64,000 bases of DNA. Origin: Octopus sinensis. Taxonomy: Eukaryota. The DNA is taken from contig NC_043009.1 of NCBI RefSeq assembly GCF_006345805.1, positions 6,076,001 to 6,140,000 of the forward strand. The letters run 5' to 3'. The first letter of the stretch is position 1, and every line of letters starts with the position of its first letter. Below, in pieces: positions 13,608 to 25,679 of this stretch. The notes beneath the pieces are model-generated. The model did no database searches. It worked only from the letters and a program-made list of their open reading frames with translations, and was not told the DNA's origin. The position numbers and the translations under genes were made by a program.

Positions 13608-13720
13608 TGTCGCGAGACATGACGGAAGTGAGGGGAAAGTTGCTGTAAATTTTCAAGGGAAATGATACATACATTTTCATTCAGACTCGTTTAGCAATTA
13701 AGCACCCATGCCCCCGCCCC
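13608..13720. promoter_or_regulatory. Possible promoter-motif cluster
   Basis: TGTCGCGAGA (13608-13617, one mismatch to TCTCGCGAGA), ETS-like CGGAAGTG (13623-13630) and GC box CCCCGCCCC (13712-13720) in non-repeat DNA. Confidence 0.25.
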
Positions 13721-14247
13721 AAAAAAAAATCGCCTTTAACACTCCAAGGACATTTGCTATTTCATTTAAAACAACTAAAACGGAAGACACGAATTAGAAA
13801 ATAACATTACCGCCGTTATCATAATCGTAAATTTTATCTCAAGACGCACGAAATCATTAGTTATTATTCATATTAACTTTATTCTTATCATTGTTACTTT
13901 TATTCTTAGGAATATAATAAAACTTCATAGTTATTATATTCTTAAAAGCAATAATAAAAATTATTTAAAAACTCAGTCTGGAACGGGGAATCGGTGCATC
14001 AAACTTTTGTCCCGCTCCTTCCCTCTCTCTTGTACTCATATTCTTTATTAGACCTCAATTTCCAAGCTTTTGATATACACAACGCCTGCACAGTTAGGTA
14101 AATATAATCCAGTACCTTTTTGGATATACTTTGAGTCGCCTCTACCACAGCACGTTTATAAAAAGCAGGCCATTTTGCTTTGCCGCTCTGAGGAAGTTTT
14201 AAATCTTTCACAAATACAAGTAGTACCCCGTTTCATACTATTTCTTA

Positions 14248-14521
14248 ATCATCATCATCATCATCAACCACAACAACAGCAACAACAACAACAACGTCCC
14301 TTAACTGATACAGCCAGCCTTTGAGGTGCTACTCTCGATGCTTTCCGCGTCAGAGGTCGCCACTGCTCTCTGTTCCCTGCCATGCGTAGCAGGTTCGCTG
14401 TGTTGTATCCTGTGCTGCACTTGATGTTGTCTACCCAGGAGTTTCTCTGTTTACATTTTTACAATATCAGCTGTGCCCTGGAGAATACTTTTGTACAAAG
14501 AGGCATGGCGGGTTACATGAC
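14248..14521 (-). mobile_element. RTE-clade LINE 3' end
   Basis: GHVTRHASLYKSILQG / SWVDNIKCSTGYNTANLLRMAGNREQWRPLTRKASRVAPQR followed by a (TTG)/(TGA) trinucleotide tail. Confidence 0.8.
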
Positions 14522-14760
14522 CATACCTATTTCTTCATTACCCAGAAAGGGCTGAACATAGAGGGGACAAACATGGACAGACATAGGTATTAAGTCGATT
14601 ATATCGACCCCAGTGCTTAACTGGTACTTAATTTATCGACCCCGAAAGGATGAAAGGCAAAGTCGACCTCGGCGGAATTTGAACTCACAACGTAACGGCA
14701 GACGAAATACCGCTAAGCATTTCGCCCGACGTGCTAACGATTCTGCTAGCTCGCCGCCTT
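14522..14760 (-). mobile_element. SINE family B, tail type 1
   Basis: Near-complete reverse complement; includes the multimer junction at 14527/14528. Confidence 0.9.
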
Positions 14761-15299
14761 ACATGACCATACCAGACAAAGTTTGGTCTTCTTACTGTCC
14801 GACAAAGCTACACGTCTTGTATTTAGTGTACGAGATGTGTAATAACGTTCTGAAGCACTCGTGCTCAATTTCCTGTAAGTGCCCCGCTCTCGGACGCATG
14901 AAGAAATGTCGAAGTCACCAGGGCCTTATACAGTATGAGTTTTATGCAACTGCTTTATCATATGTTATTTATCTTCACCATGACAGCAGAGTCTAAACTG
15001 AGTTTTGTTATTATCTCTCTTTTCATATCTACTGCCAAGATATGCCCTTTATTGCTTCATTTACTATTAATGATAAAGGATCTCTGTGATACAAACAATA
15101 TCAGAGAAAGGGTGTGATTTTGAAATAACGTTTTTCGTTAGTCTACCTCTTGATGATAATTTCGCTCTCCGATGAGGTTTTGCGTTTTCTAACGAGCATA
15201 AAATAAGTACCAGTTGCGTACTCACCAGTATGCACTAACAGTAAAAATCTCTCGCCATTATTGTTGTTGATGTTGCTGTTGTTGTTGTTGTTGAGCGAA

Positions 15300-15649
15300 C
15301 GGTCTTCGTCCCAGATCTCGCAAGATGGGAGAAGTCCGAAACGTGGTCCTTTGCTATTCGTAAGACCCGCAGAAGAGAAAGCAGACCAACCTCCGACACC
15401 GAGAGCATTGACGGATGGATGAATGCGCATTCAGGCTCAGCGGTTGCGTAGGAGGTCGGGGACAAGAAACAGGATGAAAGAGTGAGAGAAAGTTGGAACG
15501 AAAGAGTGAAAACAGGGGTCGCCACCACCCCCACTGCCGGAGCCTCGTAAAGCTTTAGGTGTTTTCGCTCAATAAACACACACAGTGCCCGGTCTGGGAA
15601 TCGAAACTGCGAGTCCACTGCCTTAACCATTGGGCCATTGCGCCTCCAC
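15300..15649 (-). mobile_element. SINE family D variant with a different 3' half and (CAA)n tail
   Basis: Same head as 10656-10929; (TTG)n tract on the + strand at about 15260-15293. Confidence 0.8.
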
Positions 15650-15764
15650 TGATATTGCTGTTCGGGTCACTAGTGCTATTATTTAGGTCGTAGATTAGTT
15701 GTGTTGGTATCTATTTGAGTGTCGGACAAAATGTGTTCTGGCATAGTTGCAGATTATTTACATA

Positions 15765-16370
15765 TCCCGTTCAAATCTCGCTCGCAGCCTTTGTCTTTCC
15801 TGGTTTCGGTGTCGATAAATTAAAGTAGGAATCAAGTGCAGGTGTCAATGTAACCAACAAATGTCCCCTCCTCACGATTGCAGCAAAGTCGACCTCGGCG
15901 GAATTTGAACTCAGAACGTAGCGGCAGACGAAATACCTATTTCTTCACTATCCACAAGGGGCTAAACACAGAGAGAACAAACAAGGACAGACAAAGGTAT
16001 TAAATCGATTACATCGACCCCAGTGCATAACTGTTAATTAATTTATCGACTCCGATAGGATGAAAGGCCAAGTCGACGGAATTTGAACTCAGAACGTAAC
16101 GGCAGACGAAATACGGCTACGCATTTTGCCCGGCGTGCTAACGCTTCTGCCAGCTCGCAGCCTTCAAGAATAATACTAATAACAGTTAAGACGCTAGAAA
16201 AATTACTCAGCGTCATTCCGTCCGTCTGTACGCTCTGGGTTCAAATTCAGCCGAGGTCCACTTGGCGTTTCGTTCTTCTAATGTCGATTATATACGTACC
16301 AGTCGATCAGTGGGCTCAACATAATCGATGTACCTCCAAGGAATTACTGGTCTTATGCTATTATTTGAAA
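15765..16370. mobile_element. Cluster of SINE family B copies: degenerate + (15765-15880), dimer - (15883-16165), degenerate + (16185-16370)
   Basis: Family B motifs in alternating orientation. Confidence 0.75.
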
Positions 16371-17270
16371 CCAACATTTATAGTTATATTAACGCAATTT
16401 TATACTAGAAAATTAAATACGTTTGTCCATTTATAACTAAACTAACAATAAGGTAAATTCACTGACGGTTTTATTTTATTCCACAAACTCTTAAGAAAAA
16501 ACGGAATAAACCAAAAATATCATCGTCTGCTGCAAATACAATCCAGGCTTATTAATTAACTCACATGAGCAGCATCTCGATAATATGGCATGGAATTTCT
16601 CATTGATTACATCTTATGCAAACCCTTAATGTCACAGTAATCTAAATGAAAAACTTGACAATGCAAGTACATTAAAACATCATGTGGTGGACATTCAATT
16701 TGAGAGCAACATGCACCACGCAAGACATATAATGAGTCTTAGTCGCTGAAAGCTCTTTCAGAACCCAACTAATAAGTTTGTATTATTCCAGTACGGCGTA
16801 TGACGTTTATTACATATAATCCTTGGTTTGCCATCATTGTTACTTCATTCACATACTCATCTCTGTCAGCACTTTATTGCCACAACGGATGTTTCACTTA
16901 TAAGGAAACAAGAATCGAAGTTAGGGATTTGTTAGCATATTTTTTTTTACACGAAGTATAGTTATTTTGTTTATATATTTATTTATTTATCTATATATTT
17001 ATTTTTGGTCACAAATAATTTTTGAACATGTCATAGTACGTTATTCAAGAAAAAGGGCAGTTAATGCTAATCTGTGAAATATTAATCCTGTCAGATTAAG
17101 AGTCCGAATAACACTTCTTCCGCATTAGATCCAGGTTTATGATTGTGAAACACGGTGACAACTTGCCAATGATGGCTTTTCTGAAATAGAAAACTAAATT
17201 ATACACAATATAATCGCAATGACATAACGAAGAAAAAAAAGGAAAAGAAAACAACAACAACAACAACAAC

Positions 17271-17305
<35 letters not shown>

Positions 17306-18203
17306 TAACGATAACCAAAATCGAGAGAAAGAAAGAGAAGGAAAGTGCGAAAAAAAATCGAAGAATAACACAACAGCCGCTACAAAACGACCACCAACAA
17401 ATTATATTAATAATAATGATGTCATCAATAACAAGGAGAAAAATAACGATAACAATAACATCATTATTAAGGACACTCCAATAATACCATTAATAATAAC
17501 CATACTAATACCACTACTACTTCATACAATAACAATAACAACAGGCGTCAGCGACAGCAGTGATGGATATCCCCTTTTTATTTCCCAGATTTTCCTGTGT
17601 GAACATTACATTTTCTGCGGGTTTTTTTCGTTTTTTAAAGCAATGGCTGTGCACTGGCTTGTTTGTGGCACATGTGCACAATTCAGTATGACAGTTACTG
17701 GATGTCAGTTAATGTAATCCCAGAGCCAGCAAAAGACAACTGACATCTTTAAGAATGTGAAATATCAAGCGTAGTAAGAAAGGAACGCCATTGTTTTGAT
17801 TTTTAGAAATACATTTCCTCCTCGAAGTATTGTTATTTTTATTGTTTTCATCAGTGTTTTTTTTAGTCGTCATTGCTGTCGGTGTGGTCGTGGTTGTGGT
17901 TGTGGTTATGGCAGTGGTTGCTTTCGGTAAACGGTCACGTTTCACAGAACTCTACTTAGAAACTATTTTCCTTCTACTCTCTTCCAGGATTACATAATGA
18001 AGAATGTTAGAAGCAGTTTTCCATCGACACAGATTTGGATTTAAATGTCTACTCAGTAATACTGGAAGAAAAACAGATATTCGATGTTTGACATTTCATT
18101 GTACATACATAAGCACATACTTAAAATACATACATACTTACAAATATATACATATATACATACACACACACACTCACGCACGCACACACACACATTTATA
18201 TAT

Positions 18204-18235
<32 letters not shown>

Positions 18236-18339
18236 CACACAAATATATATATATATATACATACATGTATATATATTTATATATATATATGTGTTTATAT
18301 ATATATATGTTTATTATGCATACATATATATCTAGATCC

Positions 18340-18392
<53 letters not shown>

Positions 18393-18393
18393 T

Positions 18394-19399
18394 AAATAAA
18401 ACATATACATATATATATACATATATATACGTACCTACTTCTACATGTATATATACACGCATATATGAGTACAGGACACCAAAAAAACGAGAAACGAAAA
18501 CATAGACACAAACCCAAGGAACTGGACATTTTTCTTAACCAACAAAAAAATAGAGTACAGGACAAATAACACATGGAAAAAACCCCTTCTTCAGTCGCCA
18601 TGGTTTCATCTACTCTACGTTTCGAAGGTGAAGGCGAGACGTATCTTCGATAGAAACTTTCCTTCCTGCAAATCAAATAAAATTTGAGATCTTTTTGCAG
18701 AGGGGTAAAAATGGTAACAAAAACAGGACACTGACGACAGTACAAAATATAAGCAGTAAAAGACAGGACAAGGAAAATAGCAAGACAAGAAGTGCTGTTA
18801 AGACGAACGAAAAAAAGTATTACGAACGCTATTTCTGTGGACGGCGAAGGGAGCAAAGAAAATTGCCGTCCACACGTCAAGAAGGTCAGGCGAGAAAGAA
18901 GGTGGCAAGGCTCTCGTCGCGGGTTAACGGCGGGAGGGAGGAGGAGGAGGAGTAAGAGAAAGGGAGAGAAGAAAGAGGAATGGTTGTGAGGAAACCAGAA
19001 AGAATGAAGAATGAGAAAGAGGGAGAGAGAGAGAGAGTGAAGAGTGAGAGAGAGGGAGAGACAGTTAAGTAGAAAAAGGAAATCAAAGAATGAAGGCTGA
19101 GAAAGGGAGGGGACAGAAAGGTTAAGAGTGCGCATCAAAATTAATATCAAGAACAATCTTACTTAGAAAGGGATGCGTGCGTTCCGTCATATAATATGTT
19201 AAAAAATAAAACATATGCATATATATATATATACATATATGTACGTACCTACCTCTACATGTATATATACACGCATATATGAGTACAGGACACCAAAAAA
19301 ACGTCGAACACAATGAGAAACGAAAACATAGACACAAACCCAAGGAACTGGACATTTTTCTTAAACAACAAAAAAATAGAGTACAGGACAAATAACACA
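18394..19399 (-). mobile_element. ~810-nt unit with ~180-195-nt near-identical direct repeats (pseudo-LTR-like), Penelope-like non-autonomous element
   Basis: 18394-18573 closely matches 19204-19399 (second copy has an extra ~13 nt). Internal hammerhead-like motif at 18612-18658 and a 9-bp hairpin GTGGACGGC/GCCGTCCAC at 18837-18873. Confidence 0.55.
18612..18658 (-). ncRNA. Degenerate minimal hammerhead-like motif
   Basis: Minus strand: uuu-CUAUCGA-AG...CUUC-GAAA-C-GUA-gag. Palindromic ACGU stem III and GAAG/CUUC pairing present; core non-canonical. Confidence 0.35.
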
Positions 19400-19414
19400 A
19401 ATATATATATATAT

Positions 19415-19673
19415 ATATTCTCTTTTATTCTCTTTTACTTGTTTCAGTCATTTGACGGCGGCCATGCTGGAACACTACCTTTAGTCAAGCAAATCAACCC
19501 CAAGACCTATTCTTTAGAACCATGGTACATATTCTATCGGTGTCTTTTGCCGATCCGCTAAGATACGGGGACGCCATCGGTTGTCAAGCGATGTTGGGGG
19601 GACAAACACAGAGAGATAAACATATACACATACATGCATAAATACATACGACGGGCTTCTTTCAGTTTCCGTC
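19415..19673 (-). mobile_element. SINE family A, headless
   Basis: Reverse complement of the family A right arm and part of the left arm. Confidence 0.85.
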
Positions 19674-19799
19674 CCTTTCGTCGGACTGTACGACGGACGG
19701 GAACTGAAATTCTAACAGTTTTTGCGATAATTTTGCTGCTTTTTAATTCCGCGAAGAATTCCTTTCAATACACGGCTATGATGCTTCCCCTATTGTTAT

Positions 19800-19945
19800 T
19801 ATTATCATCATCATCATCATCCTCATCACCACCACCACCACCACCACCACCACCATCATCCTCCTCATCATCATCATCATCGTCATCATCATCATCATCA
19901 TCATCATCATTATTATTATAATTATTATTACTATTAGTATTATTA
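19800..19945. repeat. (CAT)/(CAC)/(TTA) compound trinucleotide tract
   Basis: Direct reading. Confidence 0.95.
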
Positions 19946-19949
19946 TTAT

Positions 19950-20170
19950 GGTGTCCATGGTCGAGTGGTTAGTGTAGTGCACTCACAATCAAGATATCAT
20001 GGTCTCAATTCCTAGGGTGAGCGGTACGTTTTGCACTTGAGCAAACCACTTCATCTCCTGTCGCCCTGCGATCACTTCCACATCTCACGCGTGGTACAGT
20101 GTACACCTGTCCAGGTAACGTGCATTTGTTGGGGAGACGTAGCTAATGTACAACTTTATAAACAAATGAT
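19950..20170 (+). mobile_element. Older tRNA/CORE-type SINE relic
   Basis: GGTCGAGTGGTTAG..CTCAATTCCT..CTTGAGCAAACCACTT..CCTGTCCAGG. Confidence 0.6.
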
Positions 20171-20334
20171 TTGAGCAGGTGCGGCCAAAAGTTGGACAGT
20201 CATACTTTGTCTTCGACTGGAGCGTCGGTCGTCGTCATCATCATCATCATTATCATCATTGTCATCATCATTATTATATTATTATAATTATTATTATTAT
20301 CATTATCATTATTGTTATTAGTATAATTATTCGA

Positions 20335-20444
20335 TTCCACTGCGTGGCTCCTTGGCAGTGTTTTCTACTATAACCTCGGGCGAACAAAAGCCTTGTGAGA
20401 GGATTTGGTAGGCGAAAATTGAAAGAAGCCCGTCGTATATATAT

Positions 20445-20526
<82 letters not shown>

Positions 20527-21208
20527 TGCGCAGGAGTGGCTGTGTGGTAAGTAGCTTGCTAACCAACCACATGGTTCCAGGTTCAGTCCCACTGCGTGGC
20601 ATCTTGGGCAAGTGTCTTCTGCTATAGCCCCGGGCCGACCAATGCCTTGTGAGTGGATTTGGTAGATGGAAACTGAAAGAAGCCTGTCGTATATATGTAT
20701 ATATATATATGTATGTGTGTGTGTGTTTGTGTGTCTGTGTTTGTCCCCCTAGCATTGCTTGACAACCGATGCTTGTGTGTTTACGTCCCCGTCACTTAGC
20801 GGTTCGGCAAAAGAGACCGATAGAATAAGTACTGGGCTTACAAAGAATAAGTTCCGGGGTCGATTTGCTCGACTAAAGGCGGTGCTCCAGCATGGCCGCA
20901 GTCAAATGACTGAAACAAGTAAAAGAGAAAAGAGAAAGAAATATATATACATATATATATATATATATGTATATGTATGTATGTATGTATGTATATGCTT
21001 GTGTGTTTGTGTTTGTCCCCCAACATCGCTTGACAACTGATGCTGGTCTGTTTACGTCCTCGTAATTAAGCGATTCGGCAAAAGACACCGATAGAAAAAG
21101 TACTAGGCTTAGAATAATAATAAGTGCTGGGGGTCCTTTTGTTCGACTAAATGCGGTGCTCCAGCATGGCCGCAGTCAAATAACTGAAACAAATGAAAGA
21201 ATAAAAGA

Positions 21209-21210
<2 letters not shown>
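20335..21210 (+). mobile_element. Nested SINE family A: full copy 20528-20940 inside an older copy (left arm 20335-20440, right arm 20996-21210)
   Basis: Order is left arm, (TA)n, complete element, microsatellite, right arm. Confidence 0.85.
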
Positions 21211-21254
<44 letters not shown>

Positions 21255-21310
21255 TATTATTATCATTATTATTGAGTGAGAGGGCAGATCATGCCATCAA
21301 AGTAACACTG

Positions 21311-21490
21311 GACGAAATGCTTAGTGGAATTTCGTCTGTCGCTACGTTCTGAGTTCAAATTCCGCTGAGGTAGACTTTACCTTTCAACCTTTCGGAGTTG
21401 ATAAATTAAGTACCAGTGAAACACTCGGGTCGATGCAATCGACTTAACCCTCCGCCCAAAATTTAAGGCTTCGTGCCTATAATTGAAATG
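21311..21490 (+). mobile_element. SINE family B, 5'-truncated, tail type 2
   Basis: GTTCTGAGTTCAAATTCCG..AAGTACCAG..GGGTCGATGCAATCGAC..CTTCGTGCCTATA. Confidence 0.85.
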
Positions 21491-21494
21491 ATTG

Positions 21495-21498
21495 TTAA

Positions 21499-21541
<43 letters not shown>

Positions 21542-21544
21542 GTT

Positions 21545-21589
<45 letters not shown>

Positions 21590-21640
21590 ATAGTAGTTGT
21601 AGTAATATTTGTAATAGTAGTAGCAGCAGCAGGCGCAGAG
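21495..21640. repeat. (TTA)n-(GTA)n compound tract
   Basis: Direct reading. Confidence 0.95.
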
Positions 21641-22629
21641 TTAGTAGTTAGTGTAGTTTTATTGTGTTAGTCGCGGTGATGGCGGAAGTGTCGTATTGTT
21701 TTGATGGCTTCTTAGCTCTGGTTGGGTGGTGGAAGTAATTGTGCAACTAGCATCATAGTTTTTGTTGTTGTAAGGATTATATTCATGGTAAACATAGCTA
21801 CCGTAGTAGTGGTAGTGTTTGTAGTGAGGAAACTAGTGAAGTTGGTATTGGTAGTTTTGGTGGTTGCGTTAGGGACAGTGTTATTCCAAGTTTAAAGAAG
21901 GATTAGTGCTCAGTAATTTCACAAATGCTGTCCATTCCGAAATGTGGTGCAATCAGCCATTTCAGGTAGCAGTGCAGTGTAAATCATTGGTGCGTAACAG
22001 AATCGAAATGGACGTAACACAAGGCTGGATAATCACGGCGTTTTGAATAAACAAGACTACCGTATACAAGAAATTATCCCTTGGGTGTGTCGCTAATACG
22101 GAGAACGAGTAACTTAGAGATAGATAAATAAAGAGAGAACGAGAAGATTATTAAGATGCATACAGAGAACGAGGTGATGGCTAAAAGGCTTTTGTTAGTC
22201 TGTCTGTCAGGTATCTGCTTTCGATTAAAGTAAAATGAGAAACAGACTTTTAGAGATGGAGTGGAGAGGAAAATAGCAAGTGGAGATATAATTACTGAGG
22301 AAGAAATGGTAGATATATGTAAATAAGTGAAGGAAAAAGAGATAATGTCAGAGTTGTGGAGAGAACACGAGAGGTAGAGATTAATAAAATGAAAGAGAAA
22401 TAGAGCTGCATATAAAGGGAAGAGTTTAAAGAAAGGAAAGACAAGGAGGAAACGATAGAAAAGAAGGTATGAGTAATAACGGATAGAGCAATGAGGTTGT
22501 AATAAGGATAGTGAGGTAGATGAATAGAGACGAACAAAGGGAAAGAACGTTAAATAATGATAAATCAATAACTTAGATATGTGAAAGAATAATCGTGAAT
22601 ACAATATAAGGATTATGGTATATATAGGA

Positions 22630-23245
<616 letters not shown>

Positions 23246-23416
23246 ATAGGTAGATAAGTGTGTCAGAACGTAAAGAAAGAGAGAGTGAGGAAGAGATATA
23301 AAGGAGAAAGAAGGAAAGTATAAGTAACACAAGGGATATGTATGTATGTATGTATATATGTATGTATGTATATATGTACGTATGTGTATGTTTGTGAATT
23401 TGTATGAGCGTGTGTG

Positions 23417-23463
<47 letters not shown>

Positions 23464-24226
23464 AGAGCGCGTTAGACGCAGAAATTCTAAGGTCGAGTTG
23501 TTAACGCACATTTAGGGCGCATGCATTGATTTCTTCAATATATAGCAAAATAAGATAGCGGGAAGGTAAGAGATGGGGGGAGAAGGACGACAACACTTAT
23601 TTAAAGCTTGAGTTCAGGAATCAAAGCTAATCCAAGCGTTGAAATGTATTTTCTGTAGAGTATTGCCTTCTTTGGCGTGGAATCAGTTCCGTTTGCAAAT
23701 CTATTCATTTTACGCTGGTCATCTGAAACTAACTGATGCGCAGAAAGGAAAAATGCTTTCCAACTCCCTAATGTATTTTAACGATTCTAGTAACATTCTT
23801 TAACAACTAATCTACATAAGTAAAACGCATAAAGAGGATTTATTTGAGTTTTACGACGAATATGGAGGCTTATCTATAGTTACTTTCAAATATAATCGGT
23901 AGCTTTTGACATGTTCACCGGTGACCTACCTGTCCAAAAGTCATTGCTTTAAGAACTCAAGAATTGTTAAACTTAGAAGTACTTTGAGCAGTTTGCATGC
24001 GTGTGAGTATATATGCATACTTCTTTTGCTGTACGTAATTGACCCAGTTTGAAACAAATGCAAACTTGTGTTCAATAAAGCATTCAAATACTCTAAATTA
24101 CGTGCGGGTCTGCAACTGTGTATATGTGTGTGTGTTTAATATGAGAAAGAATAAAGAATATTGCAAGAAAAAATAAACTTTTCGGAGAAATACATCGATA
24201 CATAGTAATAATAGCAATCATAATAG

Positions 24227-24326
<100 letters not shown>

Positions 24327-24332
24327 GATAAT

Positions 24333-24900
24333 GGAACCTACATACATTGGAAGCTATGCCAACATTATGGAATAACAACAGAAAAAAGATGGTATAGGCA
24401 CACACCAGAAAAGGTCACAGAAAACGAGAAAGCAACCATACACTGGGATATGCCGATACACACAGATAGAGAAATTAAGGCCAACAGAGCAGATATAGTT
24501 GTCAGAGACCATGAAGAAAAAAATGCTTTCTAATTGATGTATCAATACCGGCTGATGACAACGTGTCTCTAAAAGAAATGGAGAAACTCTCAAAATACAA
24601 AGACCTGGAAATAGAGGTAACTAGAATGTGGAATCTGAAAACAGAAACAATTCCTATCATAGTAGGTGCATTAGGCATGATAAAAAAATATTCAGACAAT
24701 ACATAACAAAAACACCAGGACTTACAAACACATATAACATACGGAAAATTGCACTACTAGGCACTGCACACATCCTACGCAGAACCCTTTCCATACAATA
24801 ACCATCAGAGCATCACAACAAATCACAGCACATACCCAAGGCACACAGAGCTGCGCTCGGTAGTGAAGTGAAAGCACGCTATAAAAATAAAACTACTGAA
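24333..24900 (+). mobile_element. R4/Dong-clade non-LTR retrotransposon, 5'-truncated, RLE domain plus 3' UTR
   Basis: Translates YIHWKLCQHYG...WYRHTPEKVTENEKATIHWDMPIHTDREIKANRADIV / CFLIDVSIPADDNVSLKEMEKLSKYKDLEIEVTRMWNLKTETIPIIVGALG / IALLGTAHILRRTLSIQ* (stop 24799-24801) with two frameshifts. (TAA)n on both sides. Confidence 0.92.
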
Positions 24901-24926
24901 TAATAATAATAATAATAATAATAACA

Positions 24927-24990
<64 letters not shown>

Positions 24991-25064
24991 TAACAATAAC
25001 AATAATAATACATATTAATATTAATATTAATAATAATAATAATCATAATGATAATAATATTAAT

Positions 25065-25256
25065 AGGGTTTACTGATTTACTCTAATGAATAGAGTAAAT
25101 AGACATAATACCCAGTTTAGTACACCTTCAAAAAATAGTTTTCTTAGGAACAGCTAGGATACTTAGGAGGGTTCTTGGCATCTAAGGTTATTTGTTGTAG
25201 CCCGATGTGAGAATTTTTTCTATTCCAACTGTCTAATATCTTGTGTGTATGTGGAT
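25065..25256 (+). mobile_element. R4/Dong-clade extreme 3' fragment (different subfamily)
   Basis: IIPSLVHLQKIVFLGTARILRRVLGI* (stop 25183-25185) is homologous to the C-terminus of the previous copy. Different 3' UTR. (TAA)n on both sides. Confidence 0.8.
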
Positions 25257-25269
25257 TATAATAATAATG

Positions 25270-25358
<89 letters not shown>

Positions 25359-25359
<1 letters not shown>

Positions 25360-25660
25360 GTTCTGGTGCAGTACCACGCAGTGGCTTTCATGGCTTCTAA
25401 AATTAACTGGTTGGAAGCGTTATCATGCACATTATTTTGTCTTGGTACAAAAAATGGGCTACAGCAACTGTTCTGCTCAATGCCAGAGATTTGCATGTCA
25501 GTTGTTTAACCATACCAAGTTGAGCATGTCCCTTAGTGTATGACGATATGTACCTCGCTATTTGCAGGTAGATGTAGTGGGGGAGTATCAAAGCAATGTG
25601 TTAAGATGAATTCTTTGCGGTTTCGATAATTATGAATAACAACACTGATATTAAACAGTG
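25359..25660 (+). repeat. Unclassified (TAA)n-adjacent repeat, possibly the 5' region of a Dong-type element
   Basis: 25471-25555 matches 60877-60961 (TCTGCTCAAT.CCA.AGATTTGC.TGTCAGTTGTTT...AGTTGAGCAT). Both copies begin directly after (AAT)n arrays. Confidence 0.6.
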
Positions 25661-25679
25661 ACAATTAATCTCTTAATGC

